64,000 nucleotides of DNA from Candidatus Micrarchaeota archaeon (GCA_018812625.1 JAHJDH010000001.1:19967-83966), one strand, 5' to 3'. Shown: positions 1 to 9,164, counted from the stretch's first letter. Notes: a model not told the origin generated them from the sequence alone. Program-made: numbers and translations.

Positions 1-2
1 CT

Positions 3-1499
3 CCAGAGCCAAGGAAGGATCTTTTGCTTGCAGATCCATCCAAGGGAGTATATGTTGGAAAAACAAGATTTCTCAGAACGCCTGTTTTTTGGGATCCGTC
101 AAAACTTATCAATCCTCATATTGCAATTTTAGGTATTACTGGTTCTGGTAAGAGTTATACTGTTAAGACCTTCCTTACTCGAGCTTCATTAATTTGGAAC
201 ACTAATGCAGTTATATTAGACTGGGTTGGAGAATACAAGGAGTGGGTTCGCCAGGCAGGAGGAACAGTAATTGATCTTGCCGAAGAGCGGCTCAATATTC
301 TTGATCTTGTTGGCCTTCCAAAGAGAAGCAGAATTAGGCATATCGTGTCTGCTTTGGATATTCTTGTTGACTTGAAAAAGTTTCCTAGTGAAAGAGATGA
401 AATTGAGCAGGCTCTTGAAGATATTTATTTTGGAAAAGTAAAATCTACTCCTTCAATGTCTTCGGTTACTAATGTGCTGAAAAATAAAAAGAAAAAATTC
501 GGAAAAAAAGAACTTGAGAGCGAACTTCGACATATGAATCATAAGGAATGCAGCAAAGCAACTCTTGTCGATGTTGTTCGCATTCTGGAAGCACGCGGCC
601 AGAAAAAAGCAGCCAGACTTCTCAAAAGATTTACTGTCGAGGGAACTGATTTTTTTGCAGGACACTCGACTATGGACATCAAAGCCATGACTCATGGGGG
701 TCTTGTGTGCATCGATCTGCATAATCTTCCAACTGAAGAGATGAGAAGTCTTGCTGGTCTGACAATTTTGCAATATATCAAAGAAACAATGCGCGCAGAA
801 GGAATGGCGGATGATCACAAAGAAGTCAAACTCTTTGTTGTTCTTGATGAAGCTTGGAAAATTGCACAAGATGAGCGCAGTGATGTTATTACCATAGTTC
901 GAGAAGGCCGCAAGTATAATTTCTCACTGGTTATCGCAACCCAGAATCCAACAGATATGCATAAGACGATTTTCAGTAATATTGGATCTGTTTTTGTGCT
1001 TCGTCTGGTTCTTCGGGAATACAGGGATTATGTCAGAAATTCAATTGGCTATTCAAGTTTCATTGATGATGAGATATCTAAGTTTGGTGTTGGTGATGCT
1101 GCTGTCAATATGATCTTTGCAGAGCGCCAATCCAAGGTTATGACATTCCTCATGAATAAAATAGACGGGGAAGAGCCTCTCCTTCTATACAAGATAAGAG
1201 GTGGAGACATGAATGTTGAAATTGAGAGAGAGCAGTTTATCAGAATGCTCTATGAGCTTGGACTCAACGAAAGTCAGCTTAAATTAATAAGAACTCAATT
1301 CGAGAAAGGCGATGGTCTTATCGAAGGAGAAGCGCTAGTTGCCATTTTGGAAAAGTTCGGTTACTCAAAGCCATCAATTATTTCATTTTTAAGGCAGCTA
1401 AGCATTGACGAGAAAAACCTTATTAAGGTCTTTTCACTTGTTAGAATGAGAAAGGCAACCAAGGGCGTAGTCCATTTGGTTACTGAAGATGATGGATGA
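3..1499 (+). CDS. HerA/FtsK-superfamily (DUF87-type) P-loop ATPase, 5'-truncated by window edge
   Basis: The frame is open from base 3; the track start at 24 is only an in-frame TTG. Walker A 'ILGITGSGKSYTV', Walker B 'FVVLDEAWK' and 'REGRKYNFSLVIATQNPTDM' are typical of HerA/VirB4-like ATPases. There is an extra helical C-terminal tail of about 110 aa. Confidence 0.75.
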   Translation, partial: PEPRKDLLLADPSKGVYVGKTRFLRTPVFWDPSKLINPHIAILGITGSGKSYTVKTFLTRASLIWNTNAVILDWVGEYKEWVRQAGGTVIDLAEERLNILDLVGLPKRSRIRHIVSALDILVDLKKFPSERDEIEQALEDIYFGKVKSTPSMSSVTNVLKNKKKKFGKKELESELRHMNHKECSKATLVDVVRILEARGQKKAARLLKRFTVEGTDFFAGHSTMDIKAMTHGGLVCIDLHNLPTEEMRSLAGLTILQYIKETMRAEGMADDHKEVKLFVVLDEAWKIAQDERSDVITIVREGRKYNFSLVIATQNPTDMHKTIFSNIGSVFVLRLVLREYRDYVRNSIGYSSFIDDEISKFGVGDAAVNMIFAERQSKVMTFLMNKIDGEEPLLLYKIRGGDMNVEIEREQFIRMLYELGLNESQLKLIRTQFEKGDGLIEGEALVAILEKFGYSKPSIISFLRQLSIDEKNLIKVFSLVRMRKATKGVVHLVTEDDG

Positions 1500-2206
1500 T
1501 CAAGATGGCCGAAGAAAAAATTATTGTAACTTCCAAACAAAAGAAAAATCTCAAGGGCCTTGCAACACTTTTCAGCGGCCTTGGTTTTACTAAAATCGCA
1601 TATACTAAATCAGGCCTTACACTTGAAAAAACAAAAGGCCGTGATCTTCGAGGCAATCCATATTTAGAATACAGGGTTGCATTTAGGCCTTCTGAAATTG
1701 AATTTGCCTATAGCGCCTCCATAAGAAAGAGCAAAATGGCACGGCTTCTTCATCTAATGCCAACTTTTCTGAACATCCTCCAAGTTGCAGAAGAATACTA
1801 TGATCTTCAGCCTACTCAGATTTTCTCTCACATAACCTCCGTGCTTGATGAAGTATCAAAAATGGTTGATCATGATTCAGTTGAATTTTCAACACAGCTT
1901 ACCGAACTTCAATCTAAATATACTGATATTCAAAAAAGGTATGATGATTTAGTCAGGTCAAGCGAGGCAAATACAAGAATTCTTCTAGAATGCGAGAGAA
2001 AACGGGATGAGCAGCACAAAAAACTTGCTCACCTAACAGGCATGAGCGATGATCTTCTTCGAGAAACTCTTTATGATTGGATCAAGGTTCATGGGGGTTC
2101 AATTGATATTCGTGAATTTTCAAAGGCCAACTCTGTTGCAGTTAGCAGAACAGAAGAAGGACTTGATATGCTGATTAGGGACGGATACATAAGGAGGCGG
2201 ATCTGA
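1496..2206 (+). CDS. hypothetical protein with a coiled-coil centre and a winged-helix-like C-terminus
   Basis: 236-aa ORF whose ATG overlaps the upstream TGA (ATGA). It has a heptad-like central region (QLTELQSKYTDIQKRYDDLVRS...) and a C-terminal 'IDIREFSKANSVAVSRTEEGLDMLIRDGYIRRR' resembling a wHTH. I recognise no family. Confidence 0.5.
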   Translation: MIKMAEEKIIVTSKQKKNLKGLATLFSGLGFTKIAYTKSGLTLEKTKGRDLRGNPYLEYRVAFRPSEIEFAYSASIRKSKMARLLHLMPTFLNILQVAEEYYDLQPTQIFSHITSVLDEVSKMVDHDSVEFSTQLTELQSKYTDIQKRYDDLVRSSEANTRILLECERKRDEQHKKLAHLTGMSDDLLRETLYDWIKVHGGSIDIREFSKANSVAVSRTEEGLDMLIRDGYIRRRI

Positions 2207-2382
2207 TGGCAAGGAAAAAGAAAGCTTCTAAGAAAATCCAGGAAGAAGTGGTCATAAAAGAATACTTTTTTGCATTTGAAATTATCAAAATGTATCCTTA
2301 TACCCGCTCTTATGTCCTAAAAGCACCATTGAAAAAGTCTTTCAAAGATACTATTTCAGAACTCTTTGTAGGTAGAATCTAA
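2206..2382 (+). CDS. small basic hypothetical protein (58 aa), not in the ORF track
   Basis: The ATG at 2206 shares its A with the upstream TGA (2204-2206). The TAA at 2380-2382 abuts the purD ATG at 2383. Translation is MARKKKASKKIQEEVVIKEYFFAFEIIKMYPYTRSYVLKAPLKKSFKDTISELFVGRI. The ORF exactly fills the gap between two genes. Confidence 0.35.
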   Translation: MARKKKASKKIQEEVVIKEYFFAFEIIKMYPYTRSYVLKAPLKKSFKDTISELFVGRI

Positions 2383-3684
2383 ATGAAAGTACTTCTAGTT
2401 GGAAATGGAGCGAGAGAGCATGCAATAGCAGAGAACCTTGCGCGGGATTGTGAACTGTACTGTGTTATGTCAAAAAAGAATCCTGCAATGGCTCAGCTGT
2501 CCAAAGACTACTGGATTTGTAATATTGAGGATCCAGTTTCAGTGGAATCTGTCATTAAAGGAAAAGATTTTGATCTTGGTTTCTCAAGTCCTGATGCCAC
2601 ATTGGCAGCCGGAGTGAGCGATGTTCTTGAGGAACATGGAATGTTGGTTGCATCACCGTCAAAAGCAGCTTCTCGCATTGAATGGGACAAATCTTATATG
2701 AGATCTCTTCATGAAAATTATCATGTTGGAGGAACGCCAAAGCATGAGATAGTAACTAATATCAAAGATGCTACTAGGGTGATCAAAGATTACGAATTAG
2801 TTGCAATAAAACCCCTTGGCCTCACAGGTGGAAAAGGAGTCAAAGTGAGTGGGGATCATTTTGTAAATCTTGATCAAAAACTCGAATATACTGCCTCACT
2901 TCTTGAAAAAGATGGTAGCGCTCTTATCGAAGAAAAATTAATTGGTGAGGAATTTACTCTTCAGGCTTTTTGCGATGGTTCTAGTATTGCACTAATGCCT
3001 CCAGTTCAAGATCATAAAAGAGCATTTGAAGGAGACAGCGGGCCAAACACTGGGGGAATGGGAAGCTATACAACTGGTACGAATCTTCCGTTTTTGAATT
3101 CCAGTGATTTGGAAAATGCAAAAAAGATCATTCAGGATGCTGTTTATGCACTCAAAAAAGATGGACATCCCTTCAAAGGAATTCTTTATGGTCAGTTCAT
3201 GGCAACAAAGGAATCAGTAAAGTTGATTGAATTCAATGCAAGATTTGGCGATCCTGAGGCTATGAATGTCCTTGCTCTTTTGAACGGATCACTAACTGAT
3301 GTATTTCTTTCAATGGCAGAAGGACAAATACATCCACCTACGTTTTCTTCTGATTGTACAGTTGTCAAATATCTTGTTCCAGATGGATATCCAACAGAAC
3401 CAAAAAAAGATTTGCCAGTTGAAATTAATGGTGCTGAAATTGAGAAAACCGGCGCAAGTCTATACTATGCATCAGTATATGAAAATGAAGGAAAAATTTT
3501 CACATCGTCTTCACGTTCCTTTGGTATTTTAGGACGTGCTCAAACTTTAGACGAAGCTGAAAAAGTTGCAGAATCTGCATGCGCTTACATAAGTGGGTCT
3601 CTTTGGCACCGCAAAGATATCGGAACCAGCGCGTTGGTTGAGCGCAGGGTAGCGCACATGCGCAAGCTTCGTGGGATCGAATGA
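2383..3684 (+). CDS. purD: phosphoribosylamine--glycine ligase (GAR synthetase)
   Basis: N-terminal 'MKVLLVGNGAREHAIA', an ATP-grasp region and the signature 'DHKRAFEGDSGPNTGGMGSY'. Confidence 0.93.
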   Translation: MKVLLVGNGAREHAIAENLARDCELYCVMSKKNPAMAQLSKDYWICNIEDPVSVESVIKGKDFDLGFSSPDATLAAGVSDVLEEHGMLVASPSKAASRIEWDKSYMRSLHENYHVGGTPKHEIVTNIKDATRVIKDYELVAIKPLGLTGGKGVKVSGDHFVNLDQKLEYTASLLEKDGSALIEEKLIGEEFTLQAFCDGSSIALMPPVQDHKRAFEGDSGPNTGGMGSYTTGTNLPFLNSSDLENAKKIIQDAVYALKKDGHPFKGILYGQFMATKESVKLIEFNARFGDPEAMNVLALLNGSLTDVFLSMAEGQIHPPTFSSDCTVVKYLVPDGYPTEPKKDLPVEINGAEIEKTGASLYYASVYENEGKIFTSSSRSFGILGRAQTLDEAEKVAESACAYISGSLWHRKDIGTSALVERRVAHMRKLRGIE

Positions 3685-4868
3685 GATACATCCTTTTCTT
3701 TTTATTTTTCTGCACATTTTGCTTTTCTGATTTTGGAAGGTCTACACTTTTACTTGAGCGAAGCTGGACTATAACTGGCGATTCAAATGATTTTATTGAT
3801 TTTCAAGGAGCACTTGCTGTAAACAACTCCCACCAGCGTGTAACCTCGATTGAAATAGAGCCTGTTGGAAATTATTTTACTGATAAATCCGGAACTATTT
3901 GGGTAAACTATATCGGACCTATGAATGATTCAAAACTAATTATCACGGCAAAAACAACTCTTGATATTGATTATGATACTGAACTTTTTTTTGATCCAAT
4001 TCCTCCAAACGCCTCGTTAGTATCCACTAATCTTACAGCAGCAAATAGTGCAATTAAATACCAGGCACAATCTCTTCGGGATGAAAACTCCTCACTGAAT
4101 ACTATCCTAAGGTTGACCAACTGGGTAAATAGTTATGTGCAATATGATGAAAGTTATTGGGATGATACTAATTCTGCTACCGATGTTTTAAAGCAGAAAA
4201 AAGGAGTTTGCGTTCAGTATACTCATTTGTTCATTTCTCTTGCACGTTCTCTTGGTTTTGAAACTCGCTTTGTAAGTGGCTATGTGCTTGCTGATAGCTG
4301 GCAGCCACATACTTGGGTTGAAGTTTATCTTCCTGAATATGGATATTTGCCAGTTGATCCTACGTTTGGTCAGATCGGTGTTTTGGATAATAGCCATGCT
4401 GCTTTAAGTTATGGAGATGATCAGCTCTCGTCTTATGATGTGCTGCTCTCAAGAAATCAAAATGTTGCACTAGAAGTTAATGATACTGTCCAGTTTGCAT
4501 CGTCTTCATTTAGACTTGATGGAATTGAACAGTCTATCTTTTTTGATCCAAGTTCTTACCTTGTTGATGTTATTATTACTAATAATCGAATGGAGTATCT
4601 CTTTGCTGCATATTCCTTCACTACTTCTCCTGAGTTTGGTACTTTTGATTCATCTTTGATTCTTCTACAGCCAAATCAATCCATTCACAGATATTATGGT
4701 CTCAACCATTCCTATTTCGACGATTCCTATTCGTACTCTATTCCTGTTTCATCATCCTTCAATGATGTAGTTTCTAAGAAAAATCTTCTAGTGGATGGAA
4801 GATCTCCTGTCTGCATCCTGCCATTTGTCCTTCTTTTTCTGCTATATCTAAAAACCTTACCCGGGTGA
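3681..4868 (+). CDS. transglutaminase-like cysteine protease-fold protein, secreted or membrane-anchored
   Basis: It has an N-terminal hydrophobic signal (MRYILFFLFFCTFCF) and a C-terminal TM (VCILPFVLLFLLYL). The Cys-His-Asp core is 'KKGVCVQYTHLFISLARSLGFETRFVSGY ... HTWVEVYLPEYGYLPVDPT'. There are many N-x-S/T sequons. Confidence 0.8.
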   Translation: MRYILFFLFFCTFCFSDFGRSTLLLERSWTITGDSNDFIDFQGALAVNNSHQRVTSIEIEPVGNYFTDKSGTIWVNYIGPMNDSKLIITAKTTLDIDYDTELFFDPIPPNASLVSTNLTAANSAIKYQAQSLRDENSSLNTILRLTNWVNSYVQYDESYWDDTNSATDVLKQKKGVCVQYTHLFISLARSLGFETRFVSGYVLADSWQPHTWVEVYLPEYGYLPVDPTFGQIGVLDNSHAALSYGDDQLSSYDVLLSRNQNVALEVNDTVQFASSSFRLDGIEQSIFFDPSSYLVDVIITNNRMEYLFAAYSFTTSPEFGTFDSSLILLQPNQSIHRYYGLNHSYFDDSYSYSIPVSSSFNDVVSKKNLLVDGRSPVCILPFVLLFLLYLKTLPG

Positions 4869-5944
4869 ACAAAAATATGAAAGTGCACATTGTGGGTGCT
4901 GGTCCTTCTGGCTCTATTGCTGCTATAAATGCAGCTCGAAGTAACCACGATGTTGTTCTATCAGAAGAGCATTCTGTTTCTGGAATTCCTGAAAATTGTT
5001 CTGGTCTGTTTTCCAAAGAAGGACTTGAGAGTCTCTCAAGCTATTTTAATTACAAAAAACAAGTAGTAAACCCAATCCATGGTGCCAATATTCATTTTGT
5101 TGATCAAAAACTTTCTATTCGAAGAAAGGATCCAGTTGGCTATGTTTGTAATCGCTCTGCTATTGATCAAATTCTTGTAGAGCAAGCTGAGAGCGAAGGT
5201 GCAAAGGTCAATTACAATGAGAAAATTTCAGGTAATTTTCATTCTACTAATATTATTGGGGCCGATGGTCCTATGTCACATGTTGCCAATCACTTTTCTT
5301 TTGAAAAAATTCAAAGATATGCAACTACCATGCAGGCAACACTTCCCTACAAATCCGAAGATCCTCATATGGTGGAAGTCTTTCTCTCAAACAAGCTTTT
5401 TCCAGGTTTTTTTGGTTGGATTATACCTCAAAACCATGATTTTGCTGAATTTGGAGCTGGTGCGCTTATACCAAATAGTGCTATTGAAGCATGGCACAAC
5501 ATTCTCAAACTTAAAAATCTCCCATATGCAAAGCCACGGGGTTGGTTAATTCCAATTAAAAGCAGAAAACAAACATCCAAGCGCCATGGAAACTATAATG
5601 TTCTTCTTGTTGGGGACTCTGCTGGCCAGGTAAAATCTACTACTGGGGGCGGCCTGATCTTTGGTGGAAACTGCGCTTCTATTGCAGGAAAATTTTTTCA
5701 TGATCCGCTTCGCTATGATCTCGAGTGGAGACTTCGCTTTGGCCCTGATCTTTTTGCTCATTCAATGGTGCATAAATATCTGCGTTCTCAGTCTGATTCT
5801 GGACTCAAATTGCTTGGCAGAAGGCTTAAGAAGCTGAATTGCGATGATTATTTGTCTATTTACGGGAATATGGATAGGCCTACAAAGATGATGGGGCCTC
5901 AAATTATCAAACATGTTCTAAAAAACATTTGTGGGGTGTCTTAA
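4865..5944 (+). CDS. geranylgeranyl reductase-family FAD-dependent oxidoreductase
   Basis: Rossmann motif 'VHIVGAGPSGSIAA' and 'LLVGDSAGQVKSTTGGG'. The track start is a GTG at 4865 overlapping the upstream stop. The ATG at 4877 (MKVHIVGAG) is the more likely start. Confidence 0.75.
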   Translation: MNKNMKVHIVGAGPSGSIAAINAARSNHDVVLSEEHSVSGIPENCSGLFSKEGLESLSSYFNYKKQVVNPIHGANIHFVDQKLSIRRKDPVGYVCNRSAIDQILVEQAESEGAKVNYNEKISGNFHSTNIIGADGPMSHVANHFSFEKIQRYATTMQATLPYKSEDPHMVEVFLSNKLFPGFFGWIIPQNHDFAEFGAGALIPNSAIEAWHNILKLKNLPYAKPRGWLIPIKSRKQTSKRHGNYNVLLVGDSAGQVKSTTGGGLIFGGNCASIAGKFFHDPLRYDLEWRLRFGPDLFAHSMVHKYLRSQSDSGLKLLGRRLKKLNCDDYLSIYGNMDRPTKMMGPQIIKHVLKNICGVS

Positions 5945-6704
5945 ATTGAAAGTTGAAAATTATATTCTAAATGAACTTGAGACTAAAAAAGGGCTTTTGT
6001 TTGCTCTTATTGATCCACTTGACTATAAGTCTCTGGATCAGGCTGTTAAAACTGCTAAAAATGCTGATGAAGGCGGAGCAGATATAATTCTCATTGGTGG
6101 AAGCACTGGAGTTCAGGGTGAAGTTCTAGACAATGTTACAAAAGAAATCAAAAAAGAAGTTTCCAGCCCTGTGGTTCTCTTTCCAGGAAACATCGGAACA
6201 CTAACAAAACATGCAGATGCAGTCTACTTCATGTCAATGCTCAATTCCAGAAACACTTATTGGGTAAGCGAAGCGCAGATGCTTGCTGCTCCTGTTGTTA
6301 AGCAATACGGGGTCGAGCCTCTTCCAGTTGCATATGTAGTTGTTGAGCCTGGCGGTACTGTTGGCTGGGTTGGCGATGCAAAACGAATCCCAAGAGCCAA
6401 ACCAAAAATAGCAGCAGCATTTGGAATGGCTGCACAGTATATGGGCTTTAGGTTCTTCATAACAGATGCAGGATCAAACCCAGAATCTGGCCACATTCCT
6501 CTTGAAATGGTGAAAACTGTTAGCTCTGTAATTGATATTCCATACATTGCAGCTGGGGGCATTAGGACATCTGCCCAGGCCAAATCAGTTATCAAAGCAG
6601 GTGCAGACATTATCCAGGTTGGAACTGCCTTTGAAAAAGAGAATTCGGTTTCAAAAATCAAGGATATGGTCAAGGCAGTTAGAGAAGGGGCGAGCTTACG
6701 ATGA
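5931..6704 (+). CDS. geranylgeranylglyceryl phosphate synthase (PcrB/GGGPS family)
   Basis: TIM-barrel motifs 'LFALIDP', 'ADIILIGGSTG' and 'IPYIAAGGIRT'. It sits next to the GGR-family gene. The start is ambiguous (GTG 5931 or TTG 5946). Confidence 0.85.
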   Translation: MGCLKLKVENYILNELETKKGLLFALIDPLDYKSLDQAVKTAKNADEGGADIILIGGSTGVQGEVLDNVTKEIKKEVSSPVVLFPGNIGTLTKHADAVYFMSMLNSRNTYWVSEAQMLAAPVVKQYGVEPLPVAYVVVEPGGTVGWVGDAKRIPRAKPKIAAAFGMAAQYMGFRFFITDAGSNPESGHIPLEMVKTVSSVIDIPYIAAGGIRTSAQAKSVIKAGADIIQVGTAFEKENSVSKIKDMVKAVREGASLR

Positions 6705-7360
6705 ATACTTCTTTCATAGAATTCTTAGCAAGATCCGGAGCAGTTAAATTTGGAGAGTTTACTCTCAAAAGCGGACGGGAATCACCGTATTTCATAAGTA
6801 CTGGAGTTCTTGCAGATGGCTCTTTGACCTATGAACTTGGCAAATATTATGCTCAAAAAATCAAAGATCAATTTGGTACTGATTTTGATGCAATTTATGG
6901 CCCTGCCTACAAAGGAATTCCTCTTGCGGTTGCAACTTGCATTGCACTTCAAAATGAATATGGAATAAACAAGCCTTGGATTTTTGATCGAAAGGAAAAG
7001 AAGCTTCATGGGGACCGAGGCGCTTTTGTTGGTGGAGATCTAGATAGTGGCGCTAGGATTATTTTAGTCGATGATGTTATGACCACTGGCGGAACAAAGG
7101 TAGAGGCGATAGAGAAAATCAAATCATCTCTAAATGCTGAGCTTATCGGCGTAATTATTGCAGTTGATCGGATGGAGAGATCCAATAAAAAAACAGCAAT
7201 AGAAGAATTCACTGAAAGCACTGGCGTTCCTGTTCATTCAATTGAGAATATAAAAAATATTTTCGAATATTTAAAGGAAAACAAAGTGGATAGCACCCAA
7301 TATGTAACTGAAAAAATTTATCAGAAATATGTCGGTTACATGAAAAAATACGGGCTCTAA
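6701..7360 (+). CDS. pyrE: orotate phosphoribosyltransferase
   Basis: 'FGEFTLKSGRESPYFI', 'GPAYKGIPLA' and the PRPP loop 'IILVDDVMTTGGTK'. There is an ATGA overlap with the upstream gene. Confidence 0.9.
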   Translation: MNTSFIEFLARSGAVKFGEFTLKSGRESPYFISTGVLADGSLTYELGKYYAQKIKDQFGTDFDAIYGPAYKGIPLAVATCIALQNEYGINKPWIFDRKEKKLHGDRGAFVGGDLDSGARIILVDDVMTTGGTKVEAIEKIKSSLNAELIGVIIAVDRMERSNKKTAIEEFTESTGVPVHSIENIKNIFEYLKENKVDSTQYVTEKIYQKYVGYMKKYGL

Positions 7361-8439
7361 AACTGATCAATAAATTTATCATCTATTTCTGAAACATCAA
7401 GAGAAATGCATTTTGCATTTGTTCCAATAATATTGCTTATGTTTGGAGTTGTTCTTCCATCATCTCCAGAAATCAGTTCTTTTATGTATGTCCCAGCTTC
7501 TGCTTTGATGAAGATCATCGCCTTTTTTCCATCAATTTTTTCCACATGAATTTTCTTTATCTTCCTGTGTCTTACCAAATCTGCTCTTCTATGAACAACT
7601 CTTTTTGGAGTTTGTTGTGCGATTGTTGATCCTTCAATTTCAGAGATCTTTTGTGCATCTTCCTCTACAATTTCTCTTCCAAATTCAACTTCTGCAGTAT
7701 ATGCTTTGTCAAAATGAGATTCTGTAACAAGCTCCACAAATCCGCGACCAACCAGTCTCAAACCATCAACGCTAACCTCATTGCTTTTTCCAATTTTTTC
7801 CTGCGCTGCCTTCAAATCAACTGATCTGTTTTTCGGGGATTTGAGCATCATTACAAATATTCGCCCTGCGCTATTAGTTGCATCAACATCTTCTCTTCCT
7901 GATGCATGCAGTACATAATCTTCTGCAGAAGCTAATGTCTTGAGAGGCTCTCCTATTCTCTCTTCAACAGATTCGTACATTTTTCCTTTTTCATTGCAGG
8001 CTTTGCAACCTTTGCCTTCACATTTATTGCATTTCCACCTGCTTTGGGAAAGCCCTGAAACGAGCTTTTTGTATCTTCCAAAAATAAACATGTCATTTCT
8101 CTCAAGTACAACTGTCTCTGCTGCAAAATCAAAAACAATTCGCGCCTCTCCATCAACTATATACTCTCCAGGCAGGCTTGAACTTATTTTTTTGTTTAGC
8201 CTATTTTTGATGCTCTCTGATTTTCCAATGCTCATGTCCCATACTCTCTCCTCTTGAATGAGCCAGTCTTTGGGAATTTTTGTTGAAATAGAAAAGTTTT
8301 TGCTCCCTTCTTTTTCCAGAAGCTTTTTTGCCTTTTCAATCATTTCATTTGTTTTTAGAGCGCTATCATTGCAGATGTAGCATTTTCCAATTTCAAAAGA
8401 AGAGCCATTAGCCTCATTGCATATTTCACATAGTTTCAT
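7357..8439 (-). CDS. pus10: tRNA pseudouridine(54/55) synthase Pus10
   Basis: Zinc-ribbon CxxC pairs (CEICNE/CYICND, 'WKCNKCEGKGCKACNEKG') and catalytic-region motifs 'GREDVDATNSAGRIFVMM' and 'AGTYIKELISGDDGRTTPN'. Confidence 0.85.
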   Translation of the reverse strand: MKLCEICNEANGSSFEIGKCYICNDSALKTNEMIEKAKKLLEKEGSKNFSISTKIPKDWLIQEERVWDMSIGKSESIKNRLNKKISSSLPGEYIVDGEARIVFDFAAETVVLERNDMFIFGRYKKLVSGLSQSRWKCNKCEGKGCKACNEKGKMYESVEERIGEPLKTLASAEDYVLHASGREDVDATNSAGRIFVMMLKSPKNRSVDLKAAQEKIGKSNEVSVDGLRLVGRGFVELVTESHFDKAYTAEVEFGREIVEEDAQKISEIEGSTIAQQTPKRVVHRRADLVRHRKIKKIHVEKIDGKKAMIFIKAEAGTYIKELISGDDGRTTPNISNIIGTNAKCISLDVSEIDDKFIDQF

Positions 8440-8454
8440 GTTTTTTCCTCAGAA

Positions 8455-8814
8455 CTATACTAATGGTTTGTTTGGTTCAGATGGAAGTGCATGTTTGATT
8501 CTGTAGCCTTCAATAATCAAAGCAGCTCTCTTTATCTGCTCATCCATACCACTTGTGCCACGAACCCCTATGATGCCTTCAATATACAATCCAAAATCTG
8601 CCAGAGTGCCAGAGCCATTGCTGCTCATTTTTTTAAGGATTTCAATAACGACCTTTTTTCCTTTTTGGTCGCTTCCCCAAACACTGAGTGCAAGTGCAAC
8701 TTGATTAATGAAATGGGCTTTATCAGATTCACTCATCTTTTTCCATGTACCCAAAATTTTTCCCTTTCTTTTCTCATCCAGAAGATCTAGTGAAACCATT
8801 AGCTTCTCACCCAT
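8455..8814 (-). CDS. hypothetical protein
   Basis: 119-aa ORF. An internal ATG at 8799 (MVSLDLL...) overlaps the upstream TAA by 1 nt (TAATG) and is the likelier start. Confidence 0.45.
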   Translation of the reverse strand: MGEKLMVSLDLLDEKRKGKILGTWKKMSESDKAHFINQVALALSVWGSDQKGKKVVIEILKKMSSNGSGTLADFGLYIEGIIGVRGTSGMDEQIKRAALIIEGYRIKHALPSEPNKPLV

Positions 8815-9164
8815 TCTCTTAGACTAAATTGTCTACTGTCGCGTACAGATAATTCCATCCGCTCTCCAAGCTCAAGTGCTGCATTGAGGCCTCGTTCTGT
8901 CATGTCTCTGCTACTTGCTCTACCAGCTTGTTCTACGCGGGTAAAGACCAGATCAGACAGTTCTGAGCCTTCTTCTCTTCTTATCGGAGTAACCTCACGC
9001 ATTCGCTCTCCATGCGCTCTTTCTCTTTCTGCAACTGCAGCTTCTGCATATCTATCTAGAGTCTGCATGGAAAAACTTGGTCCTGCACTAAAAACCTCAT
9101 CAAGGAATCGGTTGAATGTTATCCTCAAATCTTCCCCTTTCTTTCGCGTTGTAGCACGAGTCAT
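8799..9164 (-). CDS. hypothetical Arg/Glu-rich protein
   Basis: 121-aa ORF that looks GC-richer by eye than its surroundings. It is translationally coupled to the downstream small ORF. I recognise no motif. Confidence 0.45.
   Translation of the reverse strand: MTRATTRKKGEDLRITFNRFLDEVFSAGPSFSMQTLDRYAEAAVAERERAHGERMREVTPIRREEGSELSDLVFTRVEQAGRASSRDMTERGLNAALELGERMELSVRDSRQFSLREWVRS

Noticed and set aside
453-869. 138-aa minus-strand ORF inside the HerA-like ATPase gene. Similar antisense ORFs include 6257-6673, 11352-11810, 12447-12968, 32998-33603 and 35140-35721.
   Set aside because: These are shadow ORFs lying fully inside well-supported genes on the opposite strand. Their translations are low-complexity or hydrophobic with no motifs, as expected from antisense reading of AT-rich coding DNA.
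3-1499. Treating the window-start ATPase and the NurA gene (27444-28364) as a canonical herA-nurA pair
   Set aside because: They are 26 kb apart and separated by many unrelated genes. No mre11 or rad50 is visible. A functional pairing cannot be claimed from this window.
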